Below, one piece after another: positions 52,590 through 64,000 of a stretch of 64,000 nt of DNA; the stretch's first letter is position 1, and each line of letters opens with the position of its first letter. Where the stretch lies: assembly GCF_001194135.2 (NCBI RefSeq), contig NC_069000.1:6500582-6564581 (forward strand), written 5' to 3'. This stretch comes from Octopus bimaculoides. Lineage: Eukaryota. Under the pieces are notes generated by a model. The model was not told the origin of the DNA and ran no database searches. It saw only the letters and a program-made list of their open reading frames with translations. The translations under genes and the position numbers were made by a program.

Positions 52590-55540
52590 GACAACCTCTT
52601 TAGTGTTGGTGGCAGGAAAGAAACCACCCAGCCCATATTGTAAAGTGGTTGGTGATAAGGAAAGGTATCCAGCCTATGCAATACTCCAACTCAAATATAA
52701 ACTCTGCTTGTATGTACAAGACTAATACCTTACTAGTATGTGCTAGTACTGCACATCATAGTGGAGTGGCTAGATGGAAACCTCTATGTGAAAGAACATC
52801 ATTGGCTATCATCAAGTGATCACACATTTCCTTTCAAGTGCAAAGACACTGCAAGTATAGCCCATTAATGTTGATGCAATGAAAAGTAAATCTAGTAATG
52901 TTATAGAGATGTTTAAGAAGAGATAGGTAGATGTATGCTGTGTGCAAGAGGTAAGATGGAGGGGACACTCAACCAAACTTCTTACAAGCAGAGAACATCA
53001 CCAGCATAAGTTCTTCTGGAAAGATAACAATGTTGGTTTGGTGCAATTGGCATACTGGTGGTTGAAAAGTAGGTAGAGAAAATAATTGAGGTATCCAGAG
53101 TATGTGACAAAATAGTTAAGATTAGATTAGTTCTAGGTGAAGCAACAGTGACTGTTATCTCTGCTTGTACTCAACAATCAGGTCAAATTGATGAGCAAAT
53201 AAACATGCTTCTGTGAGACTCTCATGTGTATCGCCTCACTAACTGACAACATAATTATCTTGTTTAATGACTTCAGTAGACATGATGGTTATTCTGAAGT
53301 ACATAAGAGTTATGGATATGGTAGCAGAAATGAGAAGAAATCAAGATTCTAGGAGTTCTACAATGCAAATGAGCTAACCATTTATTTACAACAGACTTCA
53401 AAAAAAAAAAAAGAAAAACCAACCAACAGCCACTTAAAGGCTTACCAATCAGGTGAACATGTAATCCAGATAGACTTCAGTCTCACAAGGAAGTGGAATG
53501 CCAAATGGCTCTTTCCTGCCAAATTATAGACCACCCAACATAGTTTAGTGCAAGCATAGGCAAGCTTTCTCAAGAACTGGGCCACATGAGACATGACTCA
53601 TCATCAAGGAAATCATGCTATTAAAAAAGTTCTAAGATAATTTTTCATTGGGTTAGGGTTCAGAAAGTCTCAAAGGTCACAGTTTGCCCATGACTAGATT
53701 AGTGGTTAGTGACTTTAAGAATTAGACAGATTGAGAGATAAAAGTCTGGAGAAACAAGGGGTAGAAGTTAAAACAACCCACTGCTATTCAGAATGATCCC
53801 TAGATGATAAATATGATTTTTAAAACAGGTAGTGATGGAGATCTGTAATTTAGAGGACAATTAGCAGATTCTATGGTAGAACTTGCAGAAAGCTATGAAC
53901 CAGATCTACAGCTGGGTCATGACCATGTTACTTTACTACATGAAAAGTAATATGGTGGTGGAATATCACCATGGACAAACATGTAAAGGCTTAAAAGAGC
54001 AGCCTGGAAAGGATGGGAAACAAGGACAAGAAAAAGGAATATCATGTTACTGGAAGAGAAACCAGACAAGGAGAGTATATAGCATGGATACCAGAAGTTT
54101 GCTGGTATCTAGAATCAAGAGGATCATAGAATGAGGTTTTTGGATTGCATGACAGTGTATCAGAGAGAACCAAGATGTTGTTGGGGAAAAGTGTGTTTGA
54201 AATGATAATGGCATACATTTCCTAACTGATGGTAATTGGAAAGAGGCCTGGTGATTGCTTTATGTAAGATTGTTAGAAGTAGAAAATGTGTAGGAGGAAA
54301 AGGATCATCCCAAAATTTGCCCAACAGAGGGACCAACTATTGAAGTAATTAGTTATATTGTAAAAATGATCATTAAGGATATGAAGTCAGGGAAAGCAGT
54401 TGGTGTATCTAATATAGTCCCTGAGATGCTGAAAATAGCTGGTGAAACAGGCCTCTAACAAGTCACCTACATATTCAACCAATACAGGTAGGTTTTGTGC
54501 AGTGATTGGTGTAGCAATACAATCATTAACTTCTACAAGAGCAAAGGAGATGCTTTAGAAAGGAGCAAATACAGTATTAAACTGATGGATCAAGTTATGA
54601 GAGATTCTGAGGACAAGTGATTAGAGAGAGAATCCACTCAGTTGAAACACAGTTTGTATTTATCTCAAGTCAAAGTGCCACTGATGTTCTCTTCATAGAG
54701 AAACAAATGCAAGAAGTTTCTAATCAGCCTCCTCTCTACCTAGCATCTGTTGATCTAGAGAAGGCCTTTGACAGAGTACTACAATCTATAGTCAGGTGGT
54801 CACTAAAAAAACTAAGAGTTGATGAATGGCTGTTGAGGGCAGTGCAAGCCATGTATAGAGATGCACTTAGCAATGTCAGTGAGGAATGAGGTCAGTGAGG
54901 AATTTTGAGGACAAGTAGGTGTCCACCAAAACTCAGTTCTTAGAACCCCTTCAATATATTATAGTCCTTTGGGCCATAACATTAAGTTTGACGATTAGCT
55001 GTATATGGGATCTCTTATATGCTAATAAACTATAGAGCAGAGACTGGGGAAGATTTAAAGCAAAATTTCCAAATGTGAAACCAAAACTAAGAATAAAGAG
55101 GCCTCAGGGTATAACTTACCAGTAGCCCTCAGATGGTCTAGGTGGTAGTGCAATGATGGCTGGTAAGCCAAAACTTCAGAGTCATTGCTAACCCTTTCCT
55201 TATGCTCCACTAGAATGTATTGAGATTTCATTCAGTTTATTGTTAAACTTTCATACATAACACACACACACACACACATACATACACACACATGCATGTG
55301 TGTGTGTGTGTGTACATGCAATAGACATGTGTGTGTGTGTGTAGAAAAGAGTGGGAAGAAATTCCATATGGTGCACCCAGTTTAAATATGGACACACAAA
55401 GAGTGGAGTGGAATCATGCAGAGGTTAACAGAGATAGCAGACTTTGTACGTGGCATATGTGCATGAGTAATAAACATTAAGAATGCACAGAAAATAGATT
55501 TTCTCAAATGTCCAGGAGAATCTCTCAGCATGTTGCAGTG
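52590..55540 (+). mobile_element. Decayed RTE (Expander/Rex3-like) LINE: 5' UTR, AP endonuclease and RT, interrupted by insertions
   Basis: Endonuclease motifs VDVCCVQEVRWRG and VSRVCDKIVKIRLVLGEATVTVISA. RT motifs GKAVGVSNIVPEMLK, YKSKGDALERSKY, VDLEKAFDRV, VGVHQNSVL, WDLLYANKL and RGLRV. Many stops and frameshifts. Confidence 0.88.
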
Positions 55541-56015
55541 TTGTAGCTTGTGTGTCTCAGTGTGACCCTGGGAGCTATGCTAGCAGAGAGCAAGCTTATG
55601 GTAGAGCCTCCCATGCTGGACAGATCAAACAGAGTCCAGACTAATAGGGATCACCTCTTTTCAGAGGTGAAAATGGGGTTTGCATAAGGCCTACATTCCT
55701 ACCTAGGAGAAAGCTAAGTCACAGAAGCATTGAGGATGATTCAAAACTAACAAGACCTGGGAAAGGAAGTCCTTCCTTCAGGGAAGCGTATGATATAGAA
55801 CAGCAAGGTTTGAAAGGAAACAAGCATCCTGTATTACACATTTGGCCCTGCTCAGGAACCCACGAGGGAAACGGATGAGAGGACACCCTAAAAACAGTTG
55901 GAGAGGATTCTGAGGCTGAGCTGAGAAAGTAGGGATCCAACTGGAAAGAAGCAGAAAAGACAGCACACAGAACGGCAGAGAAACAATGTTATGGGCTGAG
56001 GCTCCACCTTTCTCA
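55540..56015 (+). mobile_element. Internally deleted RTE-type element: 5' UTR joined to the C-terminal/3' end
   Basis: 5' part gaccctgggagctatgc...cccatgctggacagatcaa resembles RTE 5' UTRs (from recall). 3' part translates ITHLALLRNPRGKRMRGHPKNSWR...SNWKEAEKTA, matching the W.P.GKRKRGRPK.TWRR RTE terminus. Confidence 0.65.
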
Positions 56016-59000
56016 TATTCTGTCTCCACTCTCTCTTCCATTCACCTACATATACCTTGGGGATACACTGACAACTCACCACCACCATTTTCATCTCCCT
56101 TCCAATCTCTTTTGATCCTTATATAATGCAAGGTGGCCGTGTATCTATCCCCTCTACAACAAAAGACCTGTTCCTGTACCTTCTGTCATACTTTAAACCC
56201 CTTAACTCCCAACATAAAACTGCCAGCCCCTCTCTACTATTGTCTCACTCAGTTGGGAGGGATCCTAGTCTTGCAAGTTAGATGATCTCACAGGTGTTTG
56301 TTCCATGGAAAAAGTACGGAGTACATTCGGTAAAGTGGTTGACAACAGGAAAAGTACCAAGTCACAGAAACCATACTAAAGCAGACATTGGAGAATGACA
56401 CAGTCCTCCAACCTGTCAGATCCCATCAAACATCCAACCCATACCAGTATGGAAGATAGACATTAAATGATGATGGTATATGCATGCATGCAACGTGCAT
56501 GTATACGTGTGTGTGTATATAAGAGAGAGAGAGACAGACAGACAGACAGAGACAGAGAGAGACAGACAGACAGAGAGAGTGTGTATTCATTCATTTATTT
56601 AAGTTTTTCCAAAAAATACTTGATACAGACACAATATTTGGAGAAAGATTTTCTTAAAAGTTTTTCACTATTTTTTTTTTAAATCTTGGAAAAACAGACT
56701 GACACAAAACTTTTGAAATGAAGCTTTTGTATTGTGAGTGTAAGCACTTTTGTTGTTTGGTTTTTCAAGTACATGACTGGCATGTTTATATCATTCTGTT
56801 TTTCTAAGCTTTTTTTACAAATAGCAAATGACTTTTAAGAAACCCTTTCTTCAAATACACACACACTTCAAGCAACTGCAACAAGGATGTATTTCTCCAT
56901 GCCAGCCCAAGAATCTCTGTTCCCTATTAATTTCGGTATATCCTCACATGTTGTGTGTGTGTCTGCCAATGACATCAATGTGGCTGAAAGAATTTCTTTC
57001 TCTATTGATGTGTGAAAGTCTCCAAAACGTAACAACCAGCAGAGTTCACTGGGTGCAGTATTTTCATGGCACCAGCACTAGAGAGGTGTCCTGTCAACAA
57101 GAACAAAGAGGACCCCCAACCATACATCTTACAGAGTGTACTAAGTGCACCAGTACCGGAGAGGAAGCCATGTCCTCATCATGTCTGAAGGGATGTCATG
57201 ACCCTATGTGTCTGCTTCTATGCCAGCCTTTTTTTTTTACAGGGTGAGAAGAATGATTGATGGAGACATGAATGATTGATGGAGACATGATGATAGTGAT
57301 GAGAGATAAGAGGGATGTGTGGATACCATGGGATGTACATATCATAAGACAACGTGGCCAAGAAGACAGGACAATCATAGAAGAGAACATAAGCCAGAAA
57401 ATAAGAGCAAGGACAGAGATCTAGGATGTGTGAGAGAAACGAGTCTAGGACATTTACCCCTCAAGGACAATTACCCCTGCGGACAACAGATAATGATTTA
57501 AAATTTAATATATTGGAGAGGGGGTAATTAACCAACAGGGGTAATTGTCCTAGGGAGTAGTTGTCATCAGGGGTAATTGTCCTGGTACAGGGAGAAACGG
57601 AACAAGAGTATGATGGCAGACAGAATGATGATAGATCACCCTGTCACCCTGCTGGCTAGGTGGGTATACCAACAGTCATCCTGGACAGAATGCCTGTCTG
57701 TCACAAGATTACCTATTTACAACTAAGTGGATTGGAGCAAAGTGTAATGAAGAGTTTTGCTCAAGAACACAATGGACCACCAATCTGGGAATCAAAACTT
57801 TTGATCTTGTGATTGTGAGTGCAACACCCAAACCACTATGTCACACATGCCACACACACACACACACACACACATGCACACGTACACACATGGCAGGTTT
57901 CTAGGTATAAAATCAACAAAATCCACTCAGAAGCCATGGGACCACAATAAAAGATTTGTTCAAGGTGTTGTACAGAAGCCAACACCACTCCACATCCTGA
58001 ATATGTGGCTGAGATAGCCTGGCAATATTGATGAAATTGAATTTGGAACTTTATTGTTCCAAACAAATTACAGAGGGTTGGTATGCAGAGAAGAAGAAAA
58101 AAACAATAAAATATTAAATGGGAACATTGTTGTGTTTTTAATAATTTGGTTTGTCAGTGGCATTTTGTTTGTTTTTACATTCTGAGTTCAAATTCTGCTG
58201 AGGTCAACTTTGCCTTTCATCTTTTCAGGATTGATAAAATAAGTACTGGAGTCGATGTAATCAACATATTCACTTCATCATCATTATCATCATCATCATC
58301 ATCATTTAGCATCTGTTGTCCATGCTGGCATGGGTTGGATGTAATTCCTGGCCTTGTAACAAAATTCAAAATCAATATATTTGGTTGTGTGGATAAGAAG
58401 TTAATTTCCAAACCATGTGGTTTTGAGTTCAATCTCACAGCATGACACCTTGGGCAAGTGTCTTATTCGATAGTCTCGGGCTGACCAAAGACTTGTGAGT
58501 GAATGTGAACAGAAAGTGAAGGAAACCCATCGTTTGTATGTATATATGAGCATGTGTTCTCACCACATCACTTGACAACTGATGTTGGTTTGTTTATGGC
58601 CCATTAACCTAGCAGTTTAGCAAAAGAAACTGATAGAATAAGTACCAGATTTAAAGGATAAATTCTGGGAGTGATCTGTTCAACTAAACACTTCAAGGAC
58701 CCCAGCAGGGCCACAGTCTAATAACTGAAACAAGTAAGAAAATTTTAAAAAAAAAAACGATATATATATGTATGTGTAAGGGGCCGTTTGTAGCTCCTTG
58801 TCATGACACTGTTTGACAGCAGTAAACGAATGTCATCCATTTCCAATCCTCCATGAAAACATGCCCTACCATGAGGAAAATATTCCATGCTTAGAAACAG
58901 ATGAAGGTTGGCAACAAGAAGGGCATCTGAACTATAGAAAATCTGCCTCAGCAAAATTCCGCCTTACCCATCCAAGCGTGGAATCAAGGTCGTTAAAACA

Positions 59001-59325
59001 ATGATGAAGATGATATATTTCATACACAAACATCCCCCACATTACGAAGGTATTGCATGCCCCTAAACTTGGCCTAATGTGAGCTTCGTTATATTGAAAT
59101 GTATTTGCCATCAACGTCCATATAACATCAAAGTCAAGGGAAAAACAAAAGGTTTCGTGATATGACAAGACTTCCAGGAACGTAATATATCCACAAGATG
59201 GTAAATGCCTTCGTTCAAATATATATACATATATATATACACACACACACACAATATACGTATGTATACTACCATACATATACACACAAATACATCTATA
59301 CAAATGTATGGTATAGAGAAATTAT

Positions 59326-59376
<51 letters not shown>

Positions 59377-59766
59377 NNNNNNNNNNNNNNNNNNNNNNNN
59401 NNNNNNNNNNNNNNNNNNNNNNNNNNNNNNNNNNNNNNNNNNNNNNNNNNNNNNNNNNNNNNNNNNNNNNNNNNNNNNNNNNNNNNNNNNNNNNNNNNNN
59501 NNNNNNNNNNNNNNNNNNNNNNNNNNNNNNNNNNNNNNNNNNNNNNNNNNNNNNNNNNNNNNNNNNNNNNNNNNNNNNNNNNNNNNNNNNNNNNNNNNNN
59601 NNNNNNNNNNNNNNNNNNNNNNNNNNNNNNNNNNNNNNNNNNNNNNNNNNNNNNNNNNNNNNNNNNNNNNNNNNNNNNNNNNNNNNNNNNNNNNNNNNNN
59701 NNNNNNNNNNNNNNNNNNNNNNNNNNNNNNNNNNNNNNNNNNNNNNNNNNNNNNNNNNNNNNNNNN

Positions 59767-59811
<45 letters not shown>

Positions 59812-61047
59812 GTATGTACGTATGTATAACATCAGCAGTATTGACGTTACGTTGAAGTCGACGTCGCTGTTGTAATATGCAGAACGTCGACAACGCAACA
59901 AATCTGACGAGAAACTATTTAAACAGTTTCGCTAGAAAATAAACGGTCGAATTAATTGGGCACTTGTGTTTATTTTGTTCTTTTCGTTGGGTGTTTTTAG
60001 CTCTTGGTTTTGGCCTTCTCCCTCTGTCTCCTCTTTACTTTAGCAGCAAACAAGCCTTCATTAATAAATATATATAGATAGATACAGATATATATTTGTA
60101 TGAGTGAGTATTTATGTGTATACATGTATGTATGTATGTAGATAGATAGATAGAGAGAGAGGGTAAGCTATATAATGCCGGCTGCGCGCACACAGAACAG
60201 CATCAGCAGGTCGGCATTTTATCATGAACTACTCTAAGCACTGCAGAGACGGCCATATTGGAATCATGGCTGTAGGTAGAGACACACGTAAAAATATTTT
60301 GGCTGAACCAAAAGAAAAACCAAAACGAAAACCAAAACAAAAAGAAAAAAAAGAAAAAAATAAGAGAATAAACTAAACGGAGGGAGGGAAGACGAGGATG
60401 CGGAAGGAAACAGTGTTTAATATATTATTGTCACTGGGAGCCGACAACATTCCGAATTATGCCTTTATATATAGAATCTTGGAAGTCTGCGATGGTTCTA
60501 TATGGCGGAGAAGATGATAAATAAATAAAGATAGAAATAAACGAAGAACGAAGAGAACCGAGGTGTCGGTGGTGTGTGTGTATGTGTGTGTGTGTGTTAG
60601 AAATAAATAAATTAAGGATAATAATTAATGACAACAATAGCAACAATATTAATTAAAACGAAGATAATAAGACAGTGGAGTTGTTATGTGGTTAAGTCTT
60701 GGTGCGATTTCCTGCACTTCCTACAATCATATATATATATATACACACATTTATATATACANNNNNNNNNNNNNNNNNNNNNNNNNNNNNNNCCCACACG
60801 TATATATAAAAAATACACAGACACACACATATACGCACACACAAGTGCGTGTGGCTGGATAGATAGATAGATAGACAGATAGATAGATAGATTATTCTCT
60901 GTTACTACTCTCGGTTTCGCGAATGTTGATCACGTTATATATATATATATATATATATATATAATGTACGCTTGCATATCCATCACAGTATGTGTGTGTG
61001 TGTATGTATATTTGGAAAACGTGTGTGTCTTCTAGTGGTTTACTCAC

Positions 61048-61102
61048 CAATATTGCATCTCTGATATTCCTTTTTATGTCTTCTATCTTCAACTTTCTCT
61101 CT
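61048..61102 (-). CDS. GNAS: Galpha-s exon (55 bp; equivalent to human GNAS exon 4)
   Basis: tactatag|A GAG AGA AAG TTG AAG ATA GAA GAC ATA AAA AGG AAT ATC AGA GAT GCA ATA TTG|gtgagt = ERKLKIEDIKRNIRDAIL. It completes the split GA|A codon of the previous exon and resembles invertebrate Gs KIDDIKKNIRDAIL. Length and phase match the vertebrate exon. Confidence 0.95.
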
Positions 61103-61427
61103 CTATAGTAATTAGAAGAAAAACCATTTTAATTCCTCCACTATTTAAAAACAAATATATTTACAGTTTTAAATTAACTTTATATTTACATAATGTATGT
61201 ATGTATATTTCATAATTCGTTTAATTAATTTCTTTGATATTCCGGGAAAGAGGGGAGGGGTGCTTCTTTTCCCTTTAATTTTCTTTAAAGCAAAACAAAC
61301 GCAACAATAATGAGAACAATAATAATTTAATAATAATAATGACAATAATGGTGATGGTCGCAACGATATTGTTATGTAGAGAAATTGAGGGTGGTTGTTG
61401 AAAAATCATGCATACATTAGTTTGTGG

Positions 61428-61478
<51 letters not shown>

Positions 61479-62274
61479 CTCAAAGACATGCAGTGGCTGT
61501 TAGAATTGGTAGCAATAATAATGATTTCTAATATTGGCACAAGGCCAGACATTTTAGTTGGAGACAGAGAGAGAAAGGCTGGGAGGAGGAGGAGAAGAGG
61601 CACAGAGTCGACAGAATCGAAGCCCCTTGTACTTTGACTGGTATTTTGTTTGTTTGTTTGTTTGTNNNNNNNNNNNNNNNNNNNNNNNNNNNNNNNNNNN
61701 NNNNNNNNNNNNNNNNNNNNNNNNNNNNNNNNNNNNNNNNNNNNNNNNNNNNNNNNNNNNNNNNNNNNNNNNNNNNNNNNNNNNNNNNNNNNNNNNNNNN
61801 NNNNNNNNNNNNNNNNNNNNNNNNNNNNNNNNNNNNNNNNNNNNNNNNNNNNNNNNNNNNNNNNNNNNNNNNNNNNNNNNNNNNNNNNNNNNNNNNNNNN
61901 NNNNNNNNNNNNNNNNNNNNNNNNNNNNNNNNNNNNNNNNNNNNNNNNNNNNNNNNNNNNNNNNNNNNNNNNNNNNNNNNNNNNNNNNNNNNNNNNNNNN
62001 NNNNNNNNNNNNNNNNNNNNNNNNNNNNNNNNNNNNNNNNNNNNNNNNNNNNNNNNNNNNNNNNNNNNNNNNNNNNNNNNNNNNNNNNNNNNNNNNNNNN
62101 NNNNNNNNNNNNNNNNNNNNNNNNNNNNNNNNNNNNNNNNNNNNNNNNNNNNNNNNNNNNNNNNNNNNNNNNNNNNNNNNNNNNNNNNNNNNNNNNNNNN
62201 NNNNNNNNNNNGGAATGATGAAAAGGGGGGGGAGAAAATCGAGTACAAGTGTTATTCACAACAACAACAACAAC

Positions 62275-62309
<35 letters not shown>

Positions 62310-62997
62310 TATCAAACAATGAATGGTGTGTTTTATGATGTAAGGTGCATTGGGTAATAAAGAGTGCTCCAATTTTGAGGATGGTGATGAGGGCGAGGGG
62401 GAACAAGTGTAGTGAGGGTGGTGGTGGGGATGAGGAGAGGAGGAGGAGGAGGAGGGGGAGAGTGTTGTGTCAAAACGTTACATTATTATTATTATTTTGA
62501 TTATTGCTTTTAAATCTATCGTTGCACGGAAGAAGACAAAAAGAAGCACGTTGATGAAAATAGTGTATTATACTATGAGAGAGAGAGGCAGAGAGAGAGA
62601 GGCAGAAAGAGAGAGAGGCAGAGAGAGAGAGAGGCAGAGAGAGAGAGAGAGGGGGCACAGAGAGAGAGAGAGAGCCACACAGAACGAGGGGGAGAGAGAA
62701 ATAGAAAGACAGAGAAATACACGGAGAGAAGAAAAGACAGATAGACAGACAGAAATAGAGAGAAAGAGTAGGGATATAAGGACGAAACAGAGACAGAGAG
62801 GGGTTGTGAAATAGAGAGAAAGAGAAAGAGAGAGGGAGACAAAAAAAGGGACGAAGTGAGAGAGAAAGAAGATGCGGATAGAAAGGGAGAGAAAGCGGAG
62901 AGAGTGATAGCGAAAGAGAGAGGGAGACATGGAGTGAGAGAGAGAAAGCGAAGGGGAAATAGAAAGAGAGAGAGAAGATTTTTGTGTTGACACTTAC

Positions 62998-63073
62998 TCA
63001 GGGCCAAACCCTCCATCGACATGTAATATCCTCATCTGTTTGACAATTGTTGATTTGCCTGATTCTCCAGCGC
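62998..63073 (-). CDS. GNAS: Galpha-s exon (76 bp; equivalent to human GNAS exon 2), contains the P-loop
   Basis: Minus strand reads cgttcag|GC GCT GGA GAA TCA GGC AAA TCA ACA ATT GTC AAA CAG ATG AGG ATA TTA CAT GTC GAT GGA GGG TTT GGC CCT GA|gtaagt = (G)[24 protein letters not shown](E). GAGESGKS is the Galpha P-loop and [11 protein letters not shown] is typical of the Gs class. Splice sites are canonical. Confidence 0.97.
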
Positions 63074-63198
63074 CTGAACGAGACAGAAATAAAACGATGC
63101 AACGATTAGTTTTTAGATGAAGACAGTAATAATAATAACGATAATGATAATAATGATGGCAAGTTATAAAATAAACAAAAACAACAACAATGATGTTT

Positions 63199-63269
<71 letters not shown>

Positions 63270-64000
63270 TTGATGTAAAAGATACGTAAAAGATGATTTA
63301 TTTAATTCAGGAAGAACAAGGCTAGAAAAGCAGGAAGATTTAAGGGCGGGGTACATTGGTTGTTGGCAGATAAATATATACATTGGAAGGGTTAAAATAA
63401 CTATTAAATCTAGATACACACATACACATGTATATATATACATCCACAGGTATGTGTGTGTATAGAAATATATATTCACATACACAGATAATACACATAT
63501 ATAAAGCAAAATTTGAATCTATCTATCTATCTATTTATCTGTATGTATGTATGTATGTATATATGTATGTATGTACACACATACACATATGTCTGATATA
63601 TATTTATATATAATATTTACTAAAAGCAGCCATCATCAACAAGTAAAGGCAATATTTTTGCAAACCTTTGGCTGGCAAAAATACACCAACATACATACAA
63701 CAATGCACATGGATGTTGTGTGGGTGCGTATGTATAGTAGCGAGTTAAATGCACAAACACAAACTGTATAGACGTATGTAGACTAACATACGCACATACA
63801 CACATGTATGTCTGGCTGTCTGTGTATACGTACACATACATATATATATGTATGTATAAATATATATACATATATAGATATATATATATATATATATATG
63901 TATAAATATATATACATATATAGATATATATATATATATATATATATGTATAAATATATATACATATATAGATATATATATATATATATATATATGTATA

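Larger units (their letters stand above)
28388..63073 (-). other. GNAS: Partial Galpha-s gene span; introns of 1895 bp (includes a 546-N gap), 28659 bp and 3783 bp
   Basis: Four exons (349 nt in total) splice in one open frame through GT-AG introns. The first exon and all exons after the CAQY exon were not found in the window. Confidence 0.93.

Noticed and set aside
60905-60935. Minus-strand ttcgc-GAAAC-cgaga-GTA
   Set aside because: No CUGANGA and stem III is not palindromic.
59111-62406. Long ORFs of 160-290 aa
   Set aside because: Mostly X from N gaps plus microsatellite.

Overview
AT-rich, gap-containing eukaryotic genomic DNA dominated by microsatellites and short interspersed repeats. 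The repeat content suggests an octopod cephalopod, probably Octopus; this is an inference, not a search result. The only host-gene coding sequence I found is four small minus-strand exons (62998-63073, 61048-61102, 32269-32388, 28388-28485) of a stimulatory G-protein alpha subunit (Galpha-s/GNAS-like). They splice in frame through GT-AG introns to [116 protein letters not shown](Y). The first exon lies beyond 64000 and I found no later exon below 28388, so nearly the whole window is intron. The introns hold several tRNA-derived SINE families, decayed RTE LINE pieces, an L1/Tx1-like 3' end, and MITEs (pogo/Tigger-, mariner-, hAT- and piggyBac-type ends). The most unusual signal is a set of minimal type I hammerhead ribozyme motifs of the Penelope-associated kind. 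Two related copies (10034-10068, 32649-32683) have covarying stem II and lie sense to Galpha-s. A third sits at the end of a ~410-bp fold-back made of two head-to-head tRNA-like Pol III units (49738-50150). Several long hairpins are candidate miRNA or ADAR substrates. The long ORF-track entries are microsatellite or gap artefacts. Repeat coordinates are approximate; exon, hammerhead, TIR and hairpin coordinates were counted base by base.
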